Below are positions 11,461 through 23,755 of a DNA stretch of 64,000 nucleotides, piece after piece. Under the pieces are notes generated by a model. That model made no database searches, was not told the origin of the DNA, and saw only the letters and a program-made list of their open reading frames with translations. Source of the DNA: Isurus oxyrinchus (taxonomy: Eukaryota); assembly GCA_026770705.1 (NCBI GenBank), contig JANJGN010000025.1, forward strand, positions 41,788,001 through 41,852,000, written 5' to 3'. The position numbers and the translations under genes were made by a program. Numbering within the stretch: position 1 is the first letter of the stretch; each line of letters starts with the position of its first letter.

Positions 11461-13126
11461 AGTGTTTCTTCAATGGGACAACAATTCTGATAGAAGAAAT
11501 GAAATTGAGCACGTTTTTTTCAAGATGTCAATGCTACATGTAACATACCCCAAACTTCAAGCAATGTAGAGTAATGTTTAGTAACCTTTTCAGGTCTGCC
11601 ACTGTTACTTCACATTATTTCAGTAACTGAGTACAGAAATCACTTACAATTAACTTCCCCACACTGTAACTTCCATGCTCACCATGAATACCCACTAACA
11701 CCAAGTGCCACCTGCCTTCCCTGAGAAGTGGTCCTTGCACACTTTCAGCCCAAAGAAACTATGCCACCTAATAAGAACACAGAAATTACAAAATATGAAA
11801 AGACCAGGTTTATCTAATTTGCTTTTTACCATTCAGCTAGTCACACAGTTAAACGATAATGGAATTGTTATCTAGTCATAGCAATCAACCTCTATCGATT
11901 AGTCTACTAATGTGACTGCATGACACATGTTCATGTCTCATGCTCACTGTGGGGTATATTGTATAATTAAAGCAATTACACACATCGATGCCTAAGTTTC
12001 CAGGCAGAATGGGCTCACTCCTCCAGCATTGATAGGCTATAGGGTAGGTTAGACAGACCATGGTACAGGGTTTTCCACATTTTGTTGGTACCATTAGCTC
12101 TCCTCTCATTCCGAGCGGTGCCATGGTGAAATGAGCTGGAAGTGGAACAGTGTGCTGAACCTCCAAGTGACAATACATCCTGTTCCCCTCCCACCTTTCT
12201 CGTCTAGATGTTTCTTCAAACTATCATTGTCAGGGCTCTTACTTGTGCCTCATCAGCAATAAGGCCCATTCCATTAAGGAGCACTTTGATGTTGTCATCA
12301 CATCTCATTCTGGGATGGTGGTGATTGTTCCTGCAGGGTCAGACTTAGGGTGGCTAAAGAAGTGTCCATACCAGAGAAGCTGGTAATGATCCAGGACAGC
12401 AGTGGATGTTTAATCAGGGTGTGGACAATTTCATTTCAGATTTTGCCCTGAGCCCATAGATTCACCTGTTCACCGTCTTGCAATGTACTCACATTTGAGC
12501 CATATTTAAATGTGTATATCAGCAATGCTTGGTAGAGCCATACTTTGAGACTGCAACTGACATTTGATTTCCACATATGGGACGAGTTCATCACAGAGTT
12601 CACAAGAGCAGTTGCAGTCAGGAAAACAGTTCACAATGGAGGAAATCATTCCAGGAAGTAAGTAGTGTCACTGGTTCATTGTCTTGGATGGATAGCCATC
12701 TATTATGAAGATAGCTGAAATGATGCGGTGTTCCAGTGATTAAAAGTTCATTTTGTTCCAGATGGCCTGAAGATCAAGTTAAGGTGTATTTTGATCATAG
12801 GATCTTTCACCAAAACTTAGCGAACTGAAATGTTAACTTTTTCCCACCACAGATGCTGCCTGAGTTCCTCACCTCCATCCATCCATCTATCAGATCTAAT
12901 ACATCCAACTGATTACTGGTGTTACATTTGAAAATTTCTGCATATTTATGGGATTTCTAAATATCTAAATGACATTGAACAGAAAGAAAGCCAGTCAGTT
13001 CCGATCTAGAGAGAAACCTTCCCAACAGCAGAAAGAAAAACCTTTGAGTCAGCTTCAGGGTATCGACAACCAACTTTGGCTCTAATTTCCTTCAGCTTAT
13101 ACCAACAATAAAATCTTGAGGTTTCA

Positions 13127-13282
13127 GGGTCAAAGTCCTGGAACTCCCTCCCTAACAGCACAGGGACTGCGGTGGTTCAAGAAGGCAGCTCACCACCAGC
13201 TTCTCAAGGGCAATTAGGGATGGGCAATAAATGCTGGCCTAGCTAGCGCTGCCCACATCCCATGAATGGATTAAGAAAAAAG
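13127..13282 (+). mobile_element. 3' tail fragment of the second LINE family
   Basis: gggtcaaagtcctggaactccctccctaacagcac...ttctcaagggcaattagggatgggcaataaatgctggcc matches 28770-28940. Confidence 0.85.
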
Positions 13283-13357
13283 GTCTTAAAGGAATAATTC
13301 AGGCTCCATAGCTGCCATTTTAGCAGCAGAATGATACATTAGGCTCTAAATAGTAGC

Positions 13358-15060
13358 GGGAACAGGAGTGGTCTATCCTGCCCTCAAGCCTGTGCCACTA
13401 TTCAATTGGTTAATGGATGATCTATAACTCAATTCTATTTCGATCTATAACTCAATATCGCTCTTACCTAACAAAAATCTACTGATCTCAGCCCTGAAAG
13501 TTTCATTCAGCCCTCAGCATCCACAGCCTTTTGGAGGAAGGAGATCCAGATTTCCAGTAATCTTTGTATGGAACCTTGCTCCCATTTTTCACTCCTGAAT
13601 TACCTAGCTCTAATTTTAAGATTATGCCCCCTTGTCCTGGATTCTCCCACTGGAATAGTTTCTTGGCATTAACCTTATTAAATCCCTTTATTATTTTAAA
13701 CAACTTGATTAGTTAACCCCTCAACCTTCTAAACATAACGGAACACAAGCCAAGTTCATGCACTCTGTCCTCATAAAATAGCATGTGAATAATTTTCAAT
13801 TTAGGTATGGGCAGAAAACTCAACCACAGGATTGCTATGGTGCAGGAGGAGGCCATTAGGCTGTTTGTGCCTGCACCAACTCTCTGAATGAACAATTCAC
13901 CTAGTGCTGCACCCTAGCCTTCTCCCCATAACCCTGCACACTCTTCCTTTTCAGATAATAATTTAATTCCCTTTTGAATGCTTTGATTGAACCTGCCTCT
14001 ACCACACTCTCAGGCAGTGCATTCCAGACCCTAGCCACTCACTGCATGAAAGAATTTTTCCTCATATCAATTTTATTTCTTTTATTAATTACTTTAAATC
14101 TGTGCCCTCTCATTCTCAATCCTCTCACTTGTGGGAACAGTTTCACCTTATCTACTCTGGCCAGACCTCCCATTATTTTGAAATCCTCCTTCAAATCTCC
14201 TCTCAACCTTCTCTTCTTTAAGGAAAATAGTCTCCTAACTTCTCAAATCTATCATCATAACTGAAGTTCCTCATCCCTGGATCCATTCTCACGAATCTTT
14301 TCTGCATCCTCTTGAATGTCTTCACATCCTTCCTTAAGTGCCGTGTCCAGAACTGGACGCAATACTCCAGCTGTGGCCAAACTAGTGATTTATTCAAGTT
14401 CAACATAACCTCCTTACTCTTGTACTTCATGCCCCTTTTAATAAAGCCCAGAATACTGTATGCTTTATTAACTGCTCTCTGAACCTGCCCTGCCACCTTC
14501 AAATAAACATCCAGGTCCCTCTGCAATTACATCCCCTTTCAGAGTGGCACCCTTTATTTTGTATTGTCTCTCCATGTTCTTCCTACCAGAATGAATCACT
14601 TCACATTTCTCCATTGAACTTCATGTGCCACCTGTCCACCCATTCCACCAACTTGTCTCTGTCCTTTTGAAGTTCTACACTATCCTCCTCACAACACTTC
14701 CAAGTTTTGTAATACCTGCTAATTTTGAAATCGTACCCTGTACACCAAGGTCTAGATCATTAATATATATCAGGAAAAGCAAGAGTCCAAACACTGACCC
14801 CTAGGGAACTCCACTACAAACCTTCCTAAAGCACGAAAACATCCATTAACCAACACTTTGTTTCCTGTCGCTCAGCCAATTCAGGATTCACGTTGCTACT
14901 GTCCCTTTTATTCCGTGAACTATAACCTTACTCACTAGACTATTATGGGGCATAGTATGAAATGCTTTTTAGAAGTCCATGTGCGCCACATCAACACCAT
15001 TGTCCTCATTAACCCTCTCTGTTACATCTTCAGCACATTAGTTAAACATGATTTCCCCTT
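13358..15060 (-). mobile_element. Two adjacent CR1 fragments (13358-13790 3' end; 13825-15060 RT plus 3' end)
   Basis: ORFs FKIIKGFNKVN and QRDLDV...KAYSILGFIKRG..YKSKEVMLNLNKSLVWPQLEYCVQFW. Confidence 0.9.
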
Positions 15061-17224
15061 AAAACTGCTTTGAATTAGCCCCTTGTTGGACACTTAGCCT
15101 GTAAAGTAGCTCATTATAACACACATTTGATTCTCCTTCCTATAGGTATCAATGGATCAGAGAGCCATGAAAGATAAATGGGGCATGCTGTAAAATAGGT
15201 GGCAGATTCATAATTACAGTCTCCTGCCTATGTCTATCCATTAATCTTACATACCTTGAGTAATGTCAATGGGTGATCCACTAGTGACTTGTTTATCAGT
15301 GTTGATCTGGTTATAAAAGTTCCCAATATAATGTGATGTGATTACTATATCACTGGATAGTCAGATAAAATTCACTCCACAGTTCCATTAAAATGCAGTC
15401 ATCCATTCCAAAGATCTGTAATGGGCCAAGGTTAATACAGTAGCCTCGAGTAACGCAACACTGCCTCATTTCCACGGCTTTCCATTTTTCACACAAGCAA
15501 GTTCAAGCAGGAAGCATTTTTAATGAAAACATCAGTCCATGTCAGAATGTAGGTACATGGTTAAAAATTGGCAAGTATGATTATAAAACCCACTCAAATC
15601 ATGTAGAGCCATGCCGAGATTACCAAAACAGAGTATTCACAAGGAATGTTCAGGAAGAGCCAAGCACAGTACAGCTCGGAATTAACACTGCTCCCAGTAT
15701 GGAGTGTAGCTCGGCCAGAATACAGATCATAGAACGAGGCACATGTGAAAGTGACTGGAAAATTGGAAACCCTGAAAATTGAGAGTTCAATCAAGCGAGA
15801 CTTCACTTCAGGAGTGGAATCTTGCAAACTTGAGAGCTTATCTATTTTTACATCTAAATCAGTACACATGGGAGGGAAGAATAAACTCTACAAATACTAA
15901 AAACAAAAAACTAGACGAGATTTGAGGAGGAATTTTAAAATGTAATAACATGTAATATAAGTTCAAGATCAAATTTTAATCAATGTACTGTAAATATATT
16001 CTTTATAAACAAACTTCATATTTCAAGGAACTGTTACTCACCTACAGTATCACAGGGTTCATCTTTATGAACACAAAAATCGGTCCTGCAAATAAAGGGG
16101 AAGAGGAAATAACTTTCTGGAGATAAATCTTTCACACATCTTTGACACAACTAAACAACTGGACAGCTTTAGTCCACAATGGATATTGATACTTGTTAAA
16201 TGAAGAATTGAAACAATATCAAAAACAATGGTCTCCTTAAAGTTAATCTCAGTGTTGTCAGTCTGGATGTTAGCAGGCCACGTGGGCACCTATTGGCTGG
16301 CAGGTGGTAGTGGGCGGTGCAGGGGATCCTGCTAACTGCTTGAGCTGCCTTTTGACCATCCTCTCGTTTTGGTTCCCGGTGATATAAACAACTCAAATCC
16401 AGCCTCCCAAATAGCTGGAAAAAAAAACCTTTCGAAGCAGCTTTCCCAGAGATGCATTTTAAAATACAAGACAGATCTGTAACTGAACTAAAAGGTAGTG
16501 GAAAAAGCCACTTACCATGGAATCTGCACTACCCACCATAATATCATCCCTCAAAAACCTTACACCAACTTGCATTTATACAACTTTAATGTAATAAAAT
16601 ACCTGATACAGAACACAGCAATAACATTAGCAAGAAGACGAATGCAAGTGTCACGCAAATATTACAAACACGGGCTCAGATAGCGGGATACTGTGTGGGT
16701 GTTAGTGGAGTAGGGTGCAGGATTGGGTGCGGACTGTATAATGCAATATCACCTCTTGCGTGTGTCCTGCAAACTGCTCTACAAGGATGAAATATATAGT
16801 AAAAGTAAAATATAGGAAAAGCAAAATAAAAAAGGATTTTTGTGACTAGATTTTTATTCAATTTTATTTTGATCTCTCAGTAAGATGGTGACTCCAAACA
16901 TCCACCAACTTTATTCTAATGTCTATGGAAGACAGGTAAGTCACTGGGGGTCGTGGCGCCAGTCACTTACAGCTTGAGTGCCTCAGAGATTAATTTTGTC
17001 AAGTATTTTCTTAAATAGGCCGAAGGCTTTCTCTGTGTTTCCAGGGGTTTGGACATCAATGGGCTTTGAGAGAGATGGAGTGTGCCAGGTCAAAACAGAT
17101 GTGACAAACCAACTGGTCTTTTCACAGCCATACATTGGCTATTCTAAGCCTTACAGTGCAAATCATAATAAATATAGATTTAGCTAAAAATAAAACTAAA
17201 GCAGGGAGACAGATTCCTAGTTCA

Positions 17225-17725
17225 AAAGGGAGCAGTACTTTTGGGTTTCCAAGAGACATTCGAGGTGCCACATAAAAGGTTACTGCACAAGATGAGAGCT
17301 GAGGTGTTGGTGATGATATAACAGCACGGATAGAGGATTGGCTAACAAACAGGAAACAAAGAATCAGGGTAAATGATAAAAGCAAAATACTGCAGATGCT
17401 GGAAATCTGAAATAAAAACAGAAAATGCTGGAAAAACTCAGCAGGGCTGACAGCATCTGTGGAGACAGAAACAGAGTTAACGTTTCAAGTCCGTATGACA
17501 ATTCCTCAGAGCAAATAATACAAAGGTGGTCTCAGGTAGTGGGATGTTGTGTGGCTGTTAGGCTGCCAGGATAAATCGATCGTTATCATGCTGGCAAACT
17601 GTAACTAATGGAGTGCCACAGGGATCGGTGCTGAGGCCTCAACTATTTGTGATCTATGCTAATGACTTAAATGAAGGGACGGACTATATTATAGCCAAAC
17701 TTGTTGATGATACAAAGATAGATAG
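17225..17725 (+). mobile_element. CR1 RT fragment interrupted by a Penelope terminal module
   Basis: VPHKRLLHKMRA..WIEDWL-like segment at 17265-17375; GVPQGSVL and DDTKI at 17610-17720. Confidence 0.75.
17377..17513 (-). mobile_element. Penelope pLTR terminal module with decayed hammerhead motif
   Basis: Minus strand reads CTGAGGA-attgtc-atacg-gactt-GAAA-CGTT-AACT...cagatgctgtcagccctgctgag...ccagcatctgcagtattttgctttt. Confidence 0.85.
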
Positions 17726-17729
17726 GTAT

Positions 17730-18050
17730 GCGTTGTGCTTCATAGGAACATTATAGCAGGCCAAGGGCAGAAATGTGAGCATGAAAGCAAGGTAGTGAAT
17801 TAAAATGGTAAACAATCAGAAGGTCAGTGTTGTGCTTGCAGGCTGAGCAGTTTGGGGTCTTGGACAGTGAGGAGAGAGGAGGCGAAAGGGCAGATGTTAC
17901 ACCTCCTGTGATTCACTATTTCCAGGTGAAGCAGTGCTTTACTGTACTTCTTTCAATTTAGTGTATTCACTGCTCACGATGTGGTCTCCTCCACATTAGG
18001 GAGACCAAATGCAGACTGGGTGACCACTTGGCGGAACACCTCCATTCCGT
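17730..18050. mobile_element. Rearranged Penelope GIY-YIG fragments (minus strand, then plus strand)
   Basis: Matches 2100-2415 in three pieces with an orientation switch at ~17913. Confidence 0.75.
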
Positions 18051-18825
18051 TTTAAACTTTATTTGCCACTTATTAGCCCTCTGCAAACCCTAATGAGCTC
18101 CTTTTGATGATCTGAGCTGCCTCCTCAGAGTTCACAATCTCCTAGATTTCTTTCACATGCAAATTTAAGGCAATTCATGAAAACTACAAATCCGGGTCAT
18201 TCATACACGTCAAGGTCTCAGTACTGTTAGCGGAACAATCCATTCACCTCCTCACACCATCCTGTATCCCAGTGCAATTGTAGCCTTCCATTTACCCAGT
18301 CTCTAATTCATATTTTAGGCTAAGTTCCTCAACCCAGCATCTGTAGTAGGATTTCTACTGGAAGGGACTGCAGGTCAAAGGATGTGGGCCCAATCTCCAG
18401 ACTGCACCTCTTTCAAGGACTTCTCACACAAAGCATGTGGAGTCAGAGAGGAACCCCTCATGTGTGATATCCACAGGTCATCTCTGTGGTACTATACTAA
18501 AGTCCTTTGGAGGTTCAGGAACACAATTTATATTGCTTCCTGTTGCAGTGCACAGTTATGATATTACAAATGTTTGGGAAAACTGTTCTAAAGGTTACAT
18601 TTTTTTTCCAAAAGACCTTGGTCTGAGTTTAAACGCTGTTTCAAAATGGCTCCAAGCCACTAGACTAGAACTATCGATTTCAGATTGGGTCTTCTCTTCT
18701 GAGGGGACAAAAGACTATCCTTAATTTAATTCTGGTTCACTGGGGTCTCATCCAGGACATAACAAAGTTTTGTTGACGCCTCATTGTAAACATGTAAAAT
18801 GTGCCTTGACCAAGACAGGATGTAA

Positions 18826-19040
18826 GAACCCATCAAGTTCACTAAATGTCCTTTAGGGAAAGAAATCTGCCATCTTTACCTGGTCTGGCCTAAATGTGGA
18901 TGTAAGCCCACAAAATGTGGTTGACTCTTAATGGACTTCTGAAACGATGTGGCAAGCCACTTGGTTCAAGGGCAGTTAGGGATAGGCAACAAATGTTGGC
19001 CTTGCCAGTGACGCCCACATCTTATGAAAGAATAAATTTT
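18826..19040 (+). mobile_element. SINE (core plus LINE-derived tail), 5'-truncated
   Basis: gttcactaaatgtcctttagggaaagaaatctgcc...atgtggttgactcttaa...gcaagccac joined to gttcaagggcagttagggataggcaacaaatg; same as 61385-61595. Confidence 0.85.
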
Positions 19041-19364
19041 AAAAACCACAGTTGGGAAAAGGGCCATTTGAAATATCAATACCTTATTTGTGTTAGTAAC
19101 TTTAGGCAGAATTGTCCCAGATTTGCACTAAGTGTGGTAGCGGGCAAGAAAAACGACATTTTACCCGCCGGCCACAATGGCAGCTTCTCACGCCATATCA
19201 CCCCAATCCCGCTGCATTCGTTATACATTCCTGGGAAATATGCCATTTCCATGACAGGTGGCTCTCATTCACCCACCAGGACCTCGCCGCTTCATCACAC
19301 CAGGCACCATGTTTAAAGTGCAGCCACGTGCACACCTCACTGTCTTGACTGCTGCAAGGAAGAC

Positions 19365-20923
19365 TTGGCCCCGAAAGGCAAAACTACTGCAGCCCCCAAG
19401 TTTAATGATGCACCTTTCAAGCGCCTTTTGGATGCAGTGGATGCCCAACGTGATGTCCTCTACCCCCACTCCGGACGTGGGGCGGGCAGCAACATCACCA
19501 ATCCAGCTTGGGAAGCAATAGCGATCAGTGTTAACACCTCTCAAAAGAGGACAGCCACCCAGTGCTGCATGAGAATGAATGATCACCTCCATTCTGCCAG
19601 GGTAAGTCACTCTTTTCATTACTCTCAACTCTCACACTCACAAACCCATCACTTATCCACAGGAATCTCACACCTCAAGGGCCAACATCACTAACACTCA
19701 CACACACCCTCAAATCTTCTTCAAACTCACATCCGCTGGTGTTCACATCCTCAACCTGTCCAAGGCTCCATTCACCACACACACATTCCACGCAGTGCCA
19801 TGTGTCCTGCTCTCACACTCTCCATCTGTTTTCGAGCAGGAGAAGCCTGCGCACATCAGCAGGGAGCAATCCCAGAAGAGGGGTGGAGTGGCCCACATTA
19901 GGTCCCTCGTGCACTTTGAGGAGTGTGCCATCGTGCTGACTGGTGAGGATGTGGACTGTGCTTGCAGTGATGGTGAGCTCGGCGGCAAACACGCTCTCGC
20001 GAGGGTCCTACACCATCATCCCTCTCTCACCACAATGAGAGTGCTCTCTTTCCTGCTTTTGACTCTGCTGCCATGCGCTAATTATCTCTACTTTGGTTCA
20101 CAGGCAGCTCTGCCAAGCGACCAACACCCTCAGCCAGCCAGTCCCTCAACTCCATCCACGTCCTCACCTCCAGCCAAGAGAACACCTCCTCCATTGAAGA
20201 ACTGAAAATAAGCAGCCTGGAAGACACATCACAGCGCTTACCCACACCCTCCACCAGCGAAAGATACATACCTTGGTGGGACCTAAATCTAGAGCAGGCT
20301 CGGGTTCAGAATCTGGTGGTCATCGAATGGACACATGTCCACAGCAGCAGGAGGCAGATTCAGCTGAGCTCCCCGGTACTTGGAGGACTGCTGGGGAAGA
20401 GGCATCTGTGAGGTCCAAGTCAGATGACGAACCTCTGGATTCGGCCTTCCAACTCATCCTAGGAAATCAGCAGAAGGTGGGGGAACATCACCCAGAGCTG
20501 TTGGAAGCCCTCAGCAGAGTGGCAAGCAAGTCAGAGGAGTGCGTCTGCCTGCTCTGTGACGAAGTGGTCCTCACACGTGCGCATATAAAGGTCTCCATGG
20601 GGAAGATGGGGGATGCCATAGAGGCCCTGGTCCAGCAGAACGCAGAGAAGTGTGCAAACCTGCATTCCACTGCAGTGGCCATGGGGGAATTCCTGCAGTG
20701 GCAACGCGAGAGGGAAACAGGGCACCTCGATGTCCCTCTAGGTGCCCTTTCCCCTCAAGGGGTCAGGCCGGGGCCCCCAGGCACCCAAAGGGAGGAGCAG
20801 CTGGACAGCCAGGGTCATCCACTCAGGAATCTCAGAGGCTGGCCTCTCCCTCTAAGCCCCTTTCCTGTGACCCCCTCAACCTCGTCCTCTGTCACCGCAG
20901 AGGGAGCAGCTGGCCCACAGTAG
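19365..20923 (+). pseudogene. Harbinger Myb/SANT-like DNA-binding protein gene, three exons, decayed
   Basis: APKFND..FKRLLDAV..QRDVLYP....TNPAWEAIA..VN....RTATQC..RMND (trihelix Myb/SANT pattern); donor AGG|gtaagt at 19601/19602; acceptor cag|GAG at 19839/19840 continuing in frame as EKPAHISREQSQKRGG; a third acceptor at ~20103; start codon reads TTG. Confidence 0.8.
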
Positions 20924-21242
20924 GACAGTCAGAGCAAACCGGGTCCCCCAATCCTCGGCTCTCCAGAGGACCCACGCCAAAGGCATCAGAGCTAACCATT
21001 GCACAAGCTGTCTCCATCCCAGCTGGCAATTTCAGGGCAGCAACTAGGAACCTAAGGCGTTCAAAAGTTGAGAAGTTCTGATCACAGCTGGTTGCATGGG
21101 TGAACACATTTTGTCACTTTACAGTCTGGAAACATATGCACTTTCACTGAATAATGTGTAGTGGTGCCTTTCGGCTTTATTAACAGGCTTTGCAACTCCT
21201 CCTACTGCTTCCCACACCACCAGCTGCACACAGCCGGCCCAC

Positions 21243-21425
21243 NNNNNNNNNNNNNNNNNNNNNNNNNNNNNNNNNNNNNNNNNNNNNNNNNNNNNNNNNN
21301 NNNNNNNNNNNNNNNNNNNNNNNNNNNNNNNNNNNNNNNNNNNNNNNNNNNNNNNNNNNNNNNNNNNNNNNNNNNNNNNNNNNNNNNNNNNNNNNNNNNN
21401 NNNNNNNNNNNNNNNNNNNNNNNNN
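21243..21425. other. Assembly gap (N run)
   Basis: 183 N bases. Confidence 1.
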
Positions 21426-21997
21426 TGAGGCAGGGCCTTTTGGAACACTGTGCCTCATGCAAGCACACTCTGCCTGCTGGGGTTCACTTTCAGTTGACCA
21501 GCTGAGCTGACCTGCATCTCCACACAGCCACTGATCACACTCCCATGCTGCACCTGATCTCGCCCACCACGACTCTCGCTTCACTTTCCGTTTAGCCAGC
21601 ATGGTGGTAATATAATGTTTCTTTCGCTCCCCCATCCTTTTCCCTCCCTCAGTCACTCATTTACTTTCCCCCATCAGTGTCGGCCCCCCCCACACGCCCC
21701 ACCCCCTCCATCCCCTGCCGCGGCATCACCTTCCACATTCCCACCATGAGCTATCTTTTCTTTCGTGCACATCCCCTTCCCGAAAATCTCACCCCCGTCC
21801 ACATTAACCTCCTGGCCTCTTCCTTCCCACCCCCAGGATGGGAAGAAGCTAGGAAGACTTGCCTTCTAGTCCCCACGAACCACCCTTGCAGTCCCTTCTA
21901 TCGATACCGTCAAACCCTCACCCTCCCAGCCCACCACCTCACTCTGCCCTCGGTCATTCTCATCATACCTCGTCCCACCCTCAATCTACTCTCCAGG

Positions 21998-22183
21998 ACT
22001 CATCAGAGTCTTCCCTTGTCACAATCACAAACTCATCAGAGTCTTCCCTTGTCAGAGACACAAACTCATCAGAGTCTTCCCTTGTCAGAGACACAAACTC
22101 ATCAGACTCTTCTCTTGTCAGAATCACAAACTCATCAGAGTCTTCCCTTGTCAGAGACACAAACTCATCAGAGTCTTCCCTTG
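21998..22183. repeat. 33-bp minisatellite, ~5.6 copies
   Basis: Unit ACTCATCAGAGTCTTCCCTTGTCAGAGACACAA, giving 11-aa repeats in several frames. Confidence 0.97.
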
Positions 22184-22650
22184 CACGTTCACCTGGACAT
22201 ACGCCCCCCTCTGGACTCCTTACCCCCTTGGAATCCCTTCCTCCCTTGGAACTCCCACCCCTGCCCCGCCCCCCCGTCACCTGGACTCCCCCCACCACCC
22301 CAGTCCTTCCTTAACAGTTTAAAACAGCGAGAGGACAGCTGGGGTTTTTACAGTTTAAAACAGCGAGACGAGGGCTGGGAGCACACGGAGAGCGAGCCTG
22401 CGTGAGAAGGGCCGCAGTGGTGGGAGATAAACACTGGCAGCAGAGAGCCCCATCAACCTGCTTCTACCAATCAGGGCCGCATTGTGATGTCTCAGGAAAA
22501 CAGGTAGGTGATTGGTGGGTATCTATTCTGTGTCTTTTGATTGGCCAAGTGATTTAAAGCAGGAGACGTTACTTACAGCTGAAGAGTACAGTTAAGAAAT
22601 TCACTTCCAAAATATTTAACATCCAAATGAATTAATTAAATAGAAGAGAG

Positions 22651-23600
22651 ATGACTGGGCAGGCAATGTGTTGCAGCTGTAGTTTGTGGGGCCCGGTGAA
22701 TGCCAGTGCAAGCCACGGTGACCACATCTGCAGTAAGTGTTGGCTGCTTGAGGAACTTTGGCTCAGAGTTGATGAGCTGGAGTCCGAGCTGCGGACACTG
22801 TGACAAATCAGGGAGAGGGAGAGTTACCTGGACACTGTGTTTCAGGAAGCAGTCACACCCCTTAGATTAATTTGGTCCATGGTCAGGGACAGCAATGTGT
22901 GACTGCGAGTGAGGCAAGAATGGGGATCCAGAATTTAGCTTTGGAGGAGCCTCAGCCAGTGTCCCTGACCAATAGGTATGAGGTTCTTGCTCCCGGTGTG
23001 GACAAGGACACAGACTGCAGTGAGGATGAGCGAACTGTCCACAGCACCATGGTGCAGAGCGCTTTTCAAGTGGGGGGAACAAAGAGGAATGTATTAGTAA
23101 TAGGGGACAGCATAGTTAGGGGAATAGATACTGTTCTCTGCAGCAAAGTCAGAGGGTCACGAAGGCTGTGTTGCCTGCCTGGTGCCAAGGTTAAGGACAT
23201 CTCTTCTGGGCTGGAGAGGAATTTGGAGGGGGAGAGGAAGGATCCCGTTGTCACGGTCCACATAGGCACCAACAACATAGATAGTACTAGGAAAGAGGTT
23301 CTGCTGAGGGACTACAAGTAGCTTGGGGCTAAATTAAAAGGCAGAACCATAAAGATAATAATCTCCGGATTACTACCTGAGCCAAGCGCAAATTGGCATA
23401 GGGCAAGTAAAATTAGAGAAGTAAATATGTGGCTCAAGGACTGGTGTGGGAGAAATGGGTTCTGATTCATGGGGTGCTGGGACCAATACTGGGGAAGGGG
23501 AGAGCTGTTCCGTTGGGAAGGGCTTCATTTGAACCATGCTGGGGCCAGTGTCCTGGCGAATCATATAACTAGGGTTGTAGATAGGACTTTAAACTAATTA
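22651..23600 (+). pseudogene. CR1 ORF1 (zinc finger/leucine zipper plus SGNH esterase domain)
   Basis: CCSCSLW...HICSKC..LEEL.LRVDELESEL; VLVIGDSIVRGID, CLPGAKVKD, VHIGTNN; interrupted by stops and frameshifts. Confidence 0.9.
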
Positions 23601-23755
23601 GTTGGGGGAAGGGTTCAGTTGAAGGGAAATTTAGAAAATCAAAAATAAATGAGAGAGCAGGGGTACAGTGTAGTGAAGAGGCGAATGATAATCAAAGTGT
23701 GACAGGAAGGGGCAGAAAATATAAGCGGAGGAGTGCAGCGGAAATCAGAACCAGA

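Noticed and set aside
15594-15869. Minus-strand ORF as a CUB-like domain exon (C...YCAW)
   Set aside because: Only superficial Cys/Trp spacing; stops in frame, and I could not build a phase-consistent continuation.
21119-21656. ORFs containing X runs
   Set aside because: Artefacts of reading through the N gap.
21998-22183. 33-bp repeats as a CRISPR array
   Set aside because: Units are head-to-tail without unique spacers, there are no cas genes, and the context is vertebrate.
21677-22405. 242-aa ORF with THQSLPLSETQ repeats as a host gene
   Set aside because: Open because of C-rich low complexity and a 3n tandem repeat; several frames are open and there is no ATG start or domain.
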